From assembly GCA_025558095.1 (NCBI GenBank), contig JAIVFI010000043.1:372001-436000 (forward strand): DNA of 64,000 nt, read 5' to 3'. The translations under genes and the position numbers were made by a program. The notes beneath the pieces were generated by a model that worked only from the letters and a program-made list of their open reading frames with translations, did not search any database and was not told the DNA's origin. This DNA comes from Hyaloraphidium curvatum SAG 235-1. Lineage: Eukaryota > Fungi > Monoblepharomycota. The first letter of the stretch is position 1. Every line of letters begins with the position of its first letter. Shown here in pieces: positions 22,315-34,353 of this stretch.

Positions 22315-23579
22315 ATGAGCACGAGCGGGGTGCGGAAGCCGCGGCGCCGGCCCCGGTCGCGGGACGCCGGCGCGGTGCCGCTGCCGTCCCCGCCGCCGAG
22401 TTCCCCCGCCGCGCCGAGCGCCGTGGCAGCCGGCCACGCGCGCCGCAAGCAGTACCGCGTGCTGCACGGCGTGCTCGGCGCCGGCAGCCAGGGCGCCGTG
22501 CGGCTCGCCGTGGGGCCCGCGGGGCTGTGCGCGATCAAGACAGTGGGGGTCGCGCCGGGGAACGCCGACGCTGCGGAGGCCGTGCGGAGGATGAAGGCCG
22601 TGTGGGGCATCGTGCCGGAGCATCCTGGGATCGTGCGGCTGCTCGATTCGTTCCGGACGCGCAGCAAGTTCTACTTCGTTAACGAGTTCTGCGAGGGAGG
22701 GGTGGGTCCAGGCGGATAATCCGAACTCGAAGCCCGCCTCACCGCTTCCCTGCCCACAGGACCTCGCAAAATACCTCGAGCGGCACGCCGGCGAGATCGA
22801 AGAGGGCGAGTCCCGGGAGATCGTCCGCTCCCTGCTTGTTGCAGTGGACTGGCTGCACTCGCACTGCATCGTGCACCGCGACTTGAAACCCGCGAACGTG
22901 CTGCTGCGGGACGCATCCCGGCCGGCCGGGACGCTCTGCCTCGCGGATTTTGGGAGCTGCTTCGTGGAGGATCCCGCACGGACGGCAGACGGCCCGGGCG
23001 GGTCGGACTCGCCCATGAACACCATCTCCTCGATGCGCTCACTGTCTGACAGCCTCCGTGCCGGCTCCAGCACCCGCATGGACGCCATGAGGACTATCGC
23101 AGGTAGCCCGATGCGCGCTCGGCTCAAAGCCTCCCCTGATCAATCCCCGCCTCCCAGGTACGCCGTCCTACCTAGCCCCCGAGCAGATCCGCGGCATCCC
23201 TTACGGCCCCGGGGTCGACCTGTGGTCCCTGGGCTGCATCACCTACGTCCTTTTCTTCGGCGTGCACCCTTTCTCCCATGCGGGTTCGTTCCAGGACCTC
23301 TACGGGCGCATCGTGCGCGCCGAGTACCCGGTCCCCCAGGAATCCCCGGCCCCGGACGCGGCGCTGGAGTTCCTGGCATCACTGCTCACCGCCGACCCCG
23401 CTGCGCGACCATCGGCCGCAGACGCGCTGCGGGATCCGTGGATGCTGGCGCCGCGAACCGCGCCACCGCCGAGGCCGCGGGATGACGGCGGGGGATACGA
23501 GGTGCTGCTAAACGATTTAGGAGAGCTAGTGCTGGCGGATCTGGAAGTGGCGGACGACAGCGGGATGTTGCCTGCTTAG
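22315..23579 (+). CDS. CAMK-like Ser/Thr kinase, paralog K1 (subtype A)
   Basis: GAGSQG, CAIK, HRDLKPAN, DFG, SPE, DLWSLG; two introns (~22702-22759, ~23103-23157). Confidence 0.9.
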
Positions 23580-23771
23580 GCTGCGGACGCGGATCGCTCG
23601 CCAGTCGCGGGGAGTCCGCGGTCGAAGGAAGGGGGGACTGGCGGGGGGCCAGAAGCAGCGCGGCAAGCGGCGCCGCTCCAACTGAAGCCGGATCCCGTAC
23701 GAGGAAGTTCTTAGCTTTGACTTCGGACATCAGCAGGGGTCATCTTCCTCATCCGAACCATGGACAGCGCG

Positions 23772-25099
23772 CTAACTCCCCTTGCGTGAAAGGTACGTGC
23801 TGTCGTGTGACGCGTCCACGTCGGCGAGCACTAGCTCACCCAGCTCGTTCAGGGTGACTGCGTAACCCTCCTCGGGTAAGCCACCGTTCGGCGGGGATGC
23901 CCCCGCCATCCAGGGATGCGACGCCGCGTCCTCGGCGGACATCCGTGACTCGGGGTCGACAATCAACAGCGATCGGATGAAGCAGGCCGCCTGAGGGGAT
24001 ATAGGTCGGTCCGGAGGGAGCTCGTAGTCCGCCCGGCCGATGCGCGAGTACAGTTCCTGGAAGGAGCCGACAACCTGGAAGGGGTGTCGCCCGAAGAGCA
24101 GCTCGTAGACGATGCAGCCCAGGGACCACATGTCGACGCCGGGGCCGTAAGGAAGGCCACGGATGATTTCGGGTGGAAGGTAGAACGGTGTCCCTAGATG
24201 AAAGCCAAACGTGAGAGTTATGGACAGCTGGAGCTCGACGCGACGTACCAGCCAGCGTCTGCATCGCAGTGATGCTCGAGCTCGATCCGCGCCGTGTTTG
24301 ATTGCCGATCAGCAGGGGAGGGTTTGGCCTGTCGTTCGGGGACGTGGCCGCGGAGAAGAGGGTGACCGGCGAATCCGGCTCTCCCGGAGTGTTCCTCCCC
24401 GAGCCGTCCTCGTCCTCTCCCGCACCATCCACAAATGAACTGCCAAAGTCCGCCAGGCACAGGGTTTCGGCCGGGCGTGAAGAGTCTCTGAGGAGCACAT
24501 TGGCCGGCTTCACATCCCGGTGCACAACTCCGTGGGCGTGCAGCCAGCGCAGCGCCGACAGGATCGCAAAGGCAATGTTACGGGCCTCCTCCTCGCCGAT
24601 GGCACCCGCGTGACGCTCCAGGTACAGTGCCAGGTCCTGCAAACAGCTCGGTCAGTCAAAATGCCTGCCCTCGTAAAGACCGGCGTCCACCAACCCCGCC
24701 GGCGCAGTACTCGTGCACAAAGTACGCCTTGCCGCTCGTCCGGAAAAAGTCGAGCAGCCGCACAACACCGGGGTGGTGCGGCCGAATGGCAAACACCGCC
24801 CGCATGCGACGCACCATCTCGGCCGCGTCGGCGTCGCCCGGCAGCGTCTCGACGGCCTTGATTGCGCACACGCCCGGCGGCCCCACGGCGAGCCGTACGA
24901 CGCCCTGGCTGCCAGACCCCACGACGGGTTGCAGCGTGCGGTAGAGCCTCCGCCGTGCCCGGCCGGCTGCGAACGAAGACCGGGAGCTGGGCGACCGCGG
25001 CGGGGTGGTCGGTGGGCGGACCGGCGCCGCCGAGGGCGGAATCTCGAGGCTGTCCACAGACGGAGAGGGAGAAGGCACTGGTATTGGCGAGCGTTGCAT
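23772..25099 (-). CDS. CAMK-like Ser/Thr kinase, paralog K2 (subtype B)
   Basis: GSGSQG, CAIK, HRDVKPAN, DFG, PPE, DMWSLG; same two intron positions as K1. Confidence 0.9.
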
Positions 25100-25786
25100 G
25101 TCCAGCTGGTGGTTGGTGGCGAATCGGGCCGCCTGTCCGCCCGGAGACCCTTAGCCGCGTGGCTTCCTCAACGGCACGGTTCCACAGCGGCCAAAAGACG
25201 TGCATCGCTCACCGACGTGAGAAGTGGCCGTTCCACCATGATGTCGTATTTGTCAAGGAAGCCCTCCCGGCACGGTACCCCTGAATGCGTCAAGTCGGGG
25301 TTTTGGAACCGCGCCCAGATTGACGGGACGGGCTGACGAAAGGCCCCCAAAACCGAACGCGGCCACCCTGATCACATCGCCGCCCCGGTCCGCAGCGCTC
25401 ACACTCGCTAGGCGGATGCATGAATACCGAGCGTAGGGAGAAGAGCCGCCCCCTTAAGACCGGGTTCTCAAACCGAGGCGGGAAAATGGTCGAGTAGCAC
25501 CGCCCTTCCTGGGGCTTCCGTCCTGCCGCTGCATTGCCTCCCTGCACACCCCGCTCTGTTTACGCAAGTAGGGTGTTCCATTCGTGCGAGTTTACTGCGC
25601 AACTCCGGTGCCCCAGTCCACTGCAGGTCGCCCGGATGCGACTTGGCGGCGGGCCACAGAGTCGGACCCTTCGAAGTTTCCCGCGATCTGCGCAACCGGC
25701 CGAACCGGCCACGAGCTCGCCATCGGCGGCTTGTCCGCGAGGCCGCAACCCGATCATCGCATGCATACTGCCAAGCCGCTCCTGAA

Positions 25787-27286
25787 TCACAGCGGCATTC
25801 CACCAGGGGGCCCGAGCCGCCTCGCGACCTGCGCGGCATGCACCTCCGCCGGCTCCACCCCCTCGGGCCCCGCCGCCTCCAGCCACCACCCCACTTCCGG
25901 CGTCGCCGACGGTAGTTCGGTGCGCAGCCCCACCATCGCCAGCTCCGGACCCGCCCAACCCGCCGGCGGCGGACACAGAGGCCTGCCAGCGCAGAGGTTC
26001 CAGAACAGCCCTCTGGCGCCGCAGAACCGCCCGAGGTCGGCGCCGCCGCCGCACCGCCATATGCGGTTCCCGGCGCCGCAGTCCAGGTCGGAAAAGAGGT
26101 TGGCGTGGTTGCACTTTCTGTGGTGGTCGAAGCACAGGTCGTTCCCCCGGCCGCGCGAGAAGACGTTGCCGGCCGCGGAAGCGCCCTCGACGGTCAGGTC
26201 GTGAACGTAGTTCGCGCGGAAATCGAACCGCGTGACGAGGTTATCGGACCCGTTGGCCGTGAGCCCGTGGTGTCCCACGCACCCGCCCTCGGCGAGGTAG
26301 GAATTGGAGGTCTCCACCGGCCTGTCCGCCGTGAGCACGATCCCGTCGAGGGTGCAGTGGATCCCGTTGGCGTAGACCCCGCTGTCGGCGTTGTGTATCG
26401 CGACATCGCGGATCCAGCAGTGCGCCGCGCCCGAGATGGCCGCGGCGTTGTGCCCCAGCTCGGTGAACTCGCCGCGCCACGGGGCGGGGGGGAATTCGAA
26501 CCGGAGGGACTCGATGCCCGAGTCGGTCACGGTGGGAGCGAGGGCGGCGAGGCGGGGGGCCCAGGATGGGCGGAGGTCGTTGCGGAGGGGGCGGTCCAGG
26601 CGGATCGTTTTGGTGTGCGCGTCGACGGAGGCGATTCGCGCGGGTTGTCGCGTGGTCGGCGGAGGCAGCTTGAAGAAGCCGCCCGGGTCGCCGCCGTGGA
26701 GGTACGAGGTCAAAGTGCGGGAATCGTCGTCTCGGATGCTGATTTCGACCCAGCGCCCGGGGCTCAGGCCGTCGACAGAAGATAGCGCTATCTCGAGGTC
26801 CCCGCGCCGGGCCTCTCCGACCACGTCCGCGACGTGTTGGGCGCCCATCGACGACCCCTTGATGGTGAGAAACCCGCCACTCCACGAGTAGTTGCTCGTC
26901 CGCAGCCCCGTCGTCGTCGCGCCCCAGTTTGGCTCCACGTCCGTCAGCGGCCGGTCGAACACGAGAACCGAGCGGCCCGGGCCCTCGCCGCGGAGCACCA
27001 CCCGCGGCCTCGATATGGTGACGACGCCCGTGATCCTGTACCGTCCCGCGGGAACCAACACGGCGCCCTCGGGGGCCTCGGCCAGGCCCGCGTTGAACGC
27101 GGCGGTGTCGTCCGAAAGGCCATCGCCCTTTGCGCCGTAGTCGACGACGCTGGCGATCACCGGCGGTTGCGGGATCGGGAGCTCGCCGCAGCGGTAGCCT
27201 GCAAAGGAAAAGTCGGGCACGCGGCCGGCGGGGTGCCACAGCTCGCCCGAGGCGCCCCACAGGAGGGAGCGCTGGGGCCCAGGCAT
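25787..27286 (-). CDS. Pectate_lyase_3-like right-handed beta-helix protein, intronless, bacterial-like
   Basis: PDFSFAGY, SVVDYGAKGDGLSDDTAAF, VPAGRYRI, VLRGEG. Confidence 0.85.
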   Translation of the reverse strand: MPGPQRSLLWGASGELWHPAGRVPDFSFAGYRCGELPIPQPPVIASVVDYGAKGDGLSDDTAAFNAGLAEAPEGAVLVPAGRYRITGVVTISRPRVVLRGEGPGRSVLVFDRPLTDVEPNWGATTTGLRTSNYSWSGGFLTIKGSSMGAQHVADVVGEARRGDLEIALSSVDGLSPGRWVEISIRDDDSRTLTSYLHGGDPGGFFKLPPPTTRQPARIASVDAHTKTIRLDRPLRNDLRPSWAPRLAALAPTVTDSGIESLRFEFPPAPWRGEFTELGHNAAAISGAAHCWIRDVAIHNADSGVYANGIHCTLDGIVLTADRPVETSNSYLAEGGCVGHHGLTANGSDNLVTRFDFRANYVHDLTVEGASAAGNVFSRGRGNDLCFDHHRKCNHANLFSDLDCGAGNRIWRCGGGADLGRFCGARGLFWNLCAGRPLCPPPAGWAGPELAMVGLRTELPSATPEVGWWLEAAGPEGVEPAEVHAAQVARRLGPPGGMPL

Positions 27287-27488
27287 CGCCGTTCCATGGG
27301 ACCACGACAGGGCAATCGAGAAACCGCGCGCTCGAATCGCAACTTCCTAGATTTCTGGGACCGTAGCCGCTCTAGAGAATCCGTGCTGGAGGACTGGAAC
27401 TGAACAGATGGGGCAAGGGCTTGACGTTCCCCCGTTCACATCCTTCTGTGGCAACGTCTCCCAGGGAGCGCCGCTGGCTATCGCCGCC

Positions 27489-28454
27489 ATGCAGACGGCC
27501 GCCGCGAGCTCCTCCGCCGCCGGTGTGCCCGGCGTGGCGCCGATGCTCCGCGCGGGCGCTTCGCCCGCCGAGGTCGCCGCCGCCCTGCGCGAGAACGGCT
27601 TCTGCGTGCTCCCCGACGCCGTCCCGCCCGCACTCGTCTCCAAGCTCCTTTCGCACATTGACCGCTACATGGCCGGCGCGTGGCCGCGGTCGCTGGAGAA
27701 CTACTTCCACGGGCACAACACGTACCGCTACTTCGACCTGCTGAACGCGGACCCGGAATGGAGGCAGCTGACGATCCTGCCGGGGGTGCTGGGGGCCGCC
27801 AAGGAGATTCTGGGGAAGGATCTGCAGCTGGCGACGTTCGGGACGGTGTCGATCGGGCCGGGCGAGGAGGTGGGCGGCCGGCCTCGGGAGGTCAGACGAG
27901 TGGTCTGACGTACAACCTTCGACGTCGCCCACAGGCGCAGAAGATCCACGTCGACGACATCATCTACCACCTCCCGCGGCCGCACCCCGAGGTCTACCTG
28001 AACGTCATCTTTTCCCTCTCTGAGTTCTCGTGCGAGAACGGCGCGACCCACGTCGTGCCGGGCTCGCACCGCTTCCCCGACGAGTGGGTCCGCCGCTTGA
28101 CGCCTCCAGATTGCTCCTGACACTTCCCCACGCGACAGCCCCGATCCCGAGCACCCCCTCGCCACCCTGCAAGCCGCCATGCCCCCCGGCTCCGCGCTCC
28201 TCGTCCTCGGCTCCACCTGGCACGGCGGCGGCGCCAACCGCACCCCCAGCATCCGGCACGGCGCCACGATTGCCTACTGCGCGGGGTGGGTCCGGCCGAT
28301 GGAGAACTTCATGGTGTCGGTGGAGCAGGAGAAGGCGGCGGGGTTCGAGGAGGAGGTGATCGGGCTGATGGGGTACAGGCTGTGCAGGGGGAGGCTGGGG
28401 ATGGTGTTTGCGAGGAAGGATACGGGGCCGCTTATGGAGAGGGTGAAGCTGTGA
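27489..28454 (+). CDS. PhyH-family 2OG/Fe(II) dioxygenase
   Basis: GFCVLPDAV, QKIHVDD (HxD), ENGATHVVPGSH, WHGGGANRT..R; two introns; alternative upstream ATG at 27408. Confidence 0.88.
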
Positions 28455-28727
28455 GGGTGCAGCGGCGTGGGCTTTGGTTGTAGTCGGCTAATTGCGATTC
28501 ACTGATGCTTTCCAGTTGAAATTCGATCCTTCTTCTTTCCTTGCCGCATTTCCCTTCTCCATTTTCTGCCCCCGCGCCTCCTCTACTTCTCCGAGCCGCG
28601 AAGCCTTAGCGGGGGTGGGCCTAGTAGTCGGTGGCAAAGCAACCGCCGGTTCGAACGCTGCAACTTCCTGGTTGCCTGCGGGCAGCAACGGTACCGCCGG
28701 GAGCACTCCTGCCCCGCGGAGCACACG

Positions 28728-30261
28728 ATGGGCGATGCGGCACCGGAGGCCGACGTGGACGACTTCAGCGGGGCGGAATGGCTCGCCATCCTCCCCGCGC
28801 CGACACCGCCGAACGGTGCGCTGTTCAGCGGCGACGTCGGCGGCGGCTCGTCCACGGCGCGCCTCGACGGGAGCGAAGTGCTGCGCGAGATGCGCCGCGT
28901 GAGCGCGCCGCTGGCGTTCTTCTTCCGCGTCACCGTCTTCGCGGCGCCGTGGGCGCGGCGCGTGGCCGTGCGGGCGGTGCTGAGCGCCGTGCCGGTCACG
29001 TGCGTGATCGCCGCCGCCGCGGTGTTCGACGACGGCGCGCGGGGCACGGCGCGGCTGGCCGCAGGGATGGCCGCCGCGTTCATCGCCATCGCCGCGTCCG
29101 TCGCCGTCGCCCTGTTCGGCTCCGTGGCACGGCTGTACGGGCGGTTCGCGGCGGGCGGCAGGGCCGACCCGGGCAATGGCCCCGCGGCAAAGCCCGGCGA
29201 GCCGGACTACAGCTCGCACGCGCTCGCCGGCCTCGTGCGCTGGTCCGAGCTGGCTCACGCGGAGGGCGCTACAAGGAAGGACGGGCATGTCGAGGCAGGG
29301 AAGGAGGGGGCCGCCGAGAACGCAGGGCACTCGCGCCTCCTCGAGCACTGGCCCGACGACGCCTTCTGCCCGTGCCCCGCGAAATCCTGCGCCGGCCACC
29401 TCATCGGCAGCACAGCGGCGCTGGCCGTGCTCGGCCCCGTATCGCGCATGGTCCCGCTCACGGCGGCCCAGTTCCTGATCGTCTCCAACCCCACCTTCCT
29501 CTACGCTGCGCGCTTCTGGGCCTCCCCTTGGGCGCTCGCCGGCGCCGTCGCCCTGGTCGGCATCCTCGACTACGTCCCCGTCAATTTTGCCAGCACCTTC
29601 AGCCCCAACGTCGCGCTGCTCCGCCTCGCCATGCGCGTGCAGCGCCGCGCGACGTTCCTCGCCCTGCGCGGTTTCCTCGACCGCGCCGCCGCGGCGCTCG
29701 ACGGCCGCGGCGCTGCCTCGTTGGACGGCCGCACGGAGCTCTACGCGCGCCTGCACTACCGCCTGACCCTGTCGTGGGAGCGCCGCGCGACGTTCGGCTT
29801 CCTCGTCTCCAACCGCGTCCTCGTTGCCACCGGCATCACCTGCACGGCGATCCCGCTGCTGATCAACCTGGCCGCGGGCCCGTGCGTGCCCGCCTACGTG
29901 CTATGCTTCGCCGCCTGGACTGTGCTGATGGTGATCACGGATCTGGTGCACGTGGCCCTGGCCAACGAGCAGATCGAAAGGGTGACGGAGCTCTACGCCC
30001 AGGCGCAGGCCGAGATCCGCGACGCTCTTTCGCGCCTTCCCCGCGGGACAGGGCACCGCGGGGACGCGGCCGCGGTCCTGGTGCTCGAGCGGCACGACCG
30101 CCTGCTGGACTCGTTCCGCGCCGAGGTTCTTCGGCTTCGTCGCCTCGTTCGGCGTGCTGCGGACCTTTTGCGCGACCCTGCTGACCGTCGCCGTCGCGCT
30201 GTGGTCCGTCATGCGGGGGACGGTGGTGCTCACGGTGGATTCGATATGCCCGGGGCCTTGA
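28728..30261 (+). pseudogene. Multi-pass membrane protein, paralog of 39867-41342, frameshifted near 30120
   Basis: Shares CPC..C, LRL..R, DL..vA.aN and DRLL with the paralog; the paralog-like C-terminus (RFFGFVASFGVLRTFCATLLTVAVALWSVMRG..ICPGP*) is in another frame. Confidence 0.7.
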
Positions 30262-30916
30262 AGACGGGGGACGGACGGACGTCGGCGTTCGTTGCCCTGG
30301 TACTGCGGTCCTTGTATTCGATTGACCCAGCCCACCCCTTTCCCTCGTCCCTGCCATTGCGTTGTCGAGGGACGCGCCCTGGCTCGCCCCAGAAGCCAGG
30401 CATCGCATGAATCCGAATCGCCTGCTCGCATTGCCACAATCCGGAATCGCCCGTGATTGACCGCTTTCCCGGGTTGAGAGGGGCGGCAAGAGTCCGGCCC
30501 GACGCCGGCCATGTGCGGGGCCCCCGTTTTCGTGGGGGACGGCCCGGCAACACCTACTGAGATTGACGGCAGGTCGGGAAGCATGCCGTCGTCGGCCCGC
30601 CACTCGGTGGCAAAGCGGCCGCAAATTTGGCCGGTCGGGTTCGGGTCGGGTCGCCCGTCGGATCTGGTTCCGATGAACTGGGAAGGTTGCGTCATCTCAC
30701 TCTGTCTCATCGTTTGGGGAATGCATTCCTGCCCTCGCGGGTGGATGAGGGTAACCTGGAATGAAGTCTAGAGAGTGTGCGGATGGTCGGTTGCCCGAGG
30801 CGTTGTCTGGCTGCGCTTCCTCGAGCGGCCGACCGGCATCACGGGCAAGGGACGTGAGGGACGTTTGCCGCCCGGTGGGTGCGGCCACCGCCGAACTCAA
30901 CCACCGACAGGATCCC

Positions 30917-32235
30917 ATGAATCGCACTCCAATATCCGCGGCCGAAGCCGCCATGCCGCCGCGCAGGCGGGAGACGCTCCCCGCGGGGGCTCCGTCCCGC
31001 TCGCCGCCGGCGGCACCGCCCTCCCCGGTGTCCGCGCCCGCCGAGGGCCGCGCCCGCCGCAAGCTCTACCGGACGCTGCAGCACTCGATCGGCTCCGGCA
31101 GCCAGGGCGCCGTGCGGCTCGCGATGGGCCCGCCCGGCGTGTGCGCGATAAAGTCCGTCGAGACGCCGGCGGGCGACGCCGATGCCGACGAGGTCGTGCG
31201 GAGGATGCGGGCGGTTTTCGCAATCAGGCCGGAGCACCCCGGCGTCGTGCGGCTGCTCGACTTCTTCCGGACGAGGAGCAAGGCGTACTTTGTCCACGAG
31301 TACTGCGCCGGCGGGGTGGGCGGTCCCCGGTTGCGGGAAGTGGCAAGCATGTGACTGACGCCGGAGTTGCAGGACCTGGCGGCCTACCTCGCCCGCAGCG
31401 CGGGGCCCGTGGGCGAGGAGGAGGCCCGCGACATCACCTTTGCCATCCTGTCGGCGCTGTGCTGGCTGCACGCCCACGGGATCGTGCACAGGGACCTGAA
31501 GCCGGCCAACGTGCTATTGAGGGACGCCGCCCGCCCCGCAGATACCCTGTGCCTCGCCGACTTCGGCAGCGCCTTTGTCGAAGATCCGGGAGACGATGAA
31601 GAGGACCCGGAGAGGACGGTGCCGGGCGAACCGGGTTCCCCGGCAACTGTCTACTCGGGGCTGGCGTCTCCCGGAAGCAGCTCCGGTCTTTCCGGGCCGT
31701 TCCCCAGGACACGCCGCGGTTCAAGCTCGAGCTTCACCGCGATGCAGACCCTAGCAGGCAAGCGCAGTCCCCGTTCTTGCCCTCCTTCAGCCCTGACCTC
31801 TGCCTTGCAGGCACCCCCTTCTACCTCCCCCCCGAAATCATCCGCGGCCTCCCCTACGGCCCCGGCGTCGACATGTGGTCCCTCGGCTGCATCGTCTACG
31901 AGCTCCTCTTTGGCCGCCACCCCTTCCAGGTCGTCGGCAGCTTCCGGGAGCTGTACCAGCGCATCGGCCGTGCGGACTACGAGATCCCCGTGGACCGGCC
32001 CGTCTCCCCGGACGCGGCATCCTTCATCCGCGCGCTGCTGGCAGCGGACCCCGAAGCGCGGATGTCGGCCGAGGAGGCGACCGCGCATCCCTGGATGGCC
32101 GGCGCGGCGGGAACGCGCGCGGCGGAGGGAGAGGAGGGCTACGCGGTGGTCCTGAACGAGCTGGGCGAGCTGGTGCTCGCGGACCTGGATGCGGCGGACG
32201 ACAGCGGGTACCTGTCGCGCAAGGGGAGCGGGTGA
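30917..32235 (+). CDS. CAMK-like Ser/Thr kinase, paralog K3 (subtype B)
   Basis: Start MNRTPIS matches K2 MQRSPIP; all core motifs; second intron is GC-AG (31758-31810). Confidence 0.9.
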
Positions 32236-32378
32236 TGGGTGCCGCGTCGGCGTGCGGCCGGGCTGCTGTTGGCCGGCGGGCAGGAAAGAGGGGGTGTCGC
32301 GCGCGGCATGGGACCGAGAGCGTGCGGGCGTGTGTTTGCCTGCGATAAAGGATGACCATACACATTCGATTTTCCAAG

Positions 32379-33694
32379 TCAGAGCTCTACCGTATTGCAA
32401 TGTCCCGGGACGAGATACCAGTAGCTATCCAAAACAGGGTATAGTACTGCTGTCTGGTCAGCGAGGGTGCACATGTTCGCACTCGCGACGCATAAGCAGT
32501 TGCCGATGACGGCCCCGGATGGATTCTGCGTCCAGGACGAGTAAGCGTAGTAGGGGACCGTCAGCCCATTGCCCTTGGCAAAGTTGTGGGGCAGGTTCGC
32601 ACATGCGGCTGCGCAGCGCTGCGCACAGGTGGACCGCGGGGTGCCCGTGTCGCAGACCCAATCCGGGGCACCCATGATGACGGGGAGGGCGCCAGAGAAG
32701 AGGCAGAGCTTGCCGGGGCCGAGGCCGAAAGAGGCAGTCTGGTCGACGGTGTTAGCCGCGTCGCCGCCGCAGGCGCTCGAGGGGCAGTCCGAGTCCTTGG
32801 TGCACGGGATGGCCACCGCCGTCGTGGAGGTGGCACGGCGGGTGGAGGTGGCACGGCGGGTGGTCGTGGCTTTCTTCTTGGACGTGGTCTTCAAGCTCTT
32901 CCCCTTGGTCGTCGTGCGCTTCCTTGTTGTGGGGCGCTTCCCGGCCGTCGTATACCGCCTGCCCGCGATGGGAAAATTGCCCAGGTCGCTCCTAACGACC
33001 GGGTGCTTGGCTGCATTCGCGGGTCAGGGAGGGGAATGTGCGGACGCGCGGGTATCCTACCGAGCGCATTGCGAATGGGGGCACATGCCCAGTAGCAGTA
33101 GATTGACGTCGTAGCTCCCGTTAGGTCGCACGTCGTCTCGAAGTGAATGTTGAGCGCGTTTGCCCAATCGGCGAGGTACCCGATCCTCGTGCTCTTGTCC
33201 CACGGGGTAGCGCAGCCGGGCACGCTCCCTGGCCTCGGTCCGTCGTAGCGGAAGCCCAGCGAGTTGATCGGCGTCGCCGTCGAACCAGACAGCTTGCTCC
33301 TCGGAACGGTGAGGGCATTGTAGAAGGCGTCATCGCCGTTGGGGACGCCGAGGATGCCCCTGTACGACGGCAGCCGCGACAGCGGCACGGCCACGCAGAA
33401 GGTGGTCTGGAAGTAGGCGATGGGGTTGGCCGAGGGACCGACCGGGACGCAGGAGGCCAGGGCGGCAGCGAAGGTGGCCGGCCCGCCGGGCGGGCACGGC
33501 AGACGCTCCGGCGGGCCGAGCCGGACGTCGATGTTCGTGAGCGTCGCGGGGCGGCAGCCGGGTGCGCTCGCCGGCGAGCTGAACGAGAGGAAGTACGCCG
33601 CGAGAGTCGCGGCAGACGCCGGGGCAGGTGCGCCGAGCGCGGCGAGCAGTGCGAGCGCGAGCGGCGCGAGCGGCGCGAGGCGGAGGGCGGCCAT
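32379..33694 (-). CDS. Secreted two-domain Cys-rich protein with basic Thr-rich linker
   Basis: Signal peptide MAALRLAPLAPLALALLAALG..ASA; one ~50-nt phase-1 intron near 33012-33060 joins two track ORFs. Confidence 0.7.
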
Positions 33695-34353
33695 ATCGGC
33701 CGTCGACCGCAGTGTTGAAAGGAGACCGTCGCGGGGCACCGCTGACGAGCTTCACGGCCGTGCCGAAAGGAGGGTGCTCCAAACTGCGCCACGCCAAGCC
33801 AGGTGGAAGATGATGCCGAGCCAGTTGAAAGAAAACCGAACCCAACCGACGAATCGGCAGAAGCTGACGTCTAAAACTCTCCGTGTCGAGTCTTCCGATC
33901 CATACACTGCGTTTGCGGAGACTTGGGCCGCGCCCACGGTAGTTCTTCGAAACACCAACCACCTCGAGTGCCGCGATCTCCGCTCTGCTCACCCGCGAAT
34001 AATAGCCGTTGACCCGGCTAACCCGTCCCCCCTATGATCGCTTGCGACCCATTTCGCCATCTGCGTTGTATTGCTGCTTGTCCTCCCGATGTCCTTCTCG
34101 ATGAACGCTGCCGCCGAAAAGTAGGGTCCCGCAGGCATTACCGCGAACGACAAGTTGCGAAGGAGGCTCACATGCACAAAGTGGAGCTTTGCCCTCCCTG
34201 CTTCGGGTGGCACGAAGTCGGTGAGCGGCGCGGCAGCGTCTACGGCCAAATATCCACGGATGCGTTGGACCTCGTCCTTTGCCACTAGGCGCATCTTCCC
34301 CAACCGGCCGACCCCAGCTCCTGTTTGAACTCGCCTCCGGCCCGCGCAGCACG

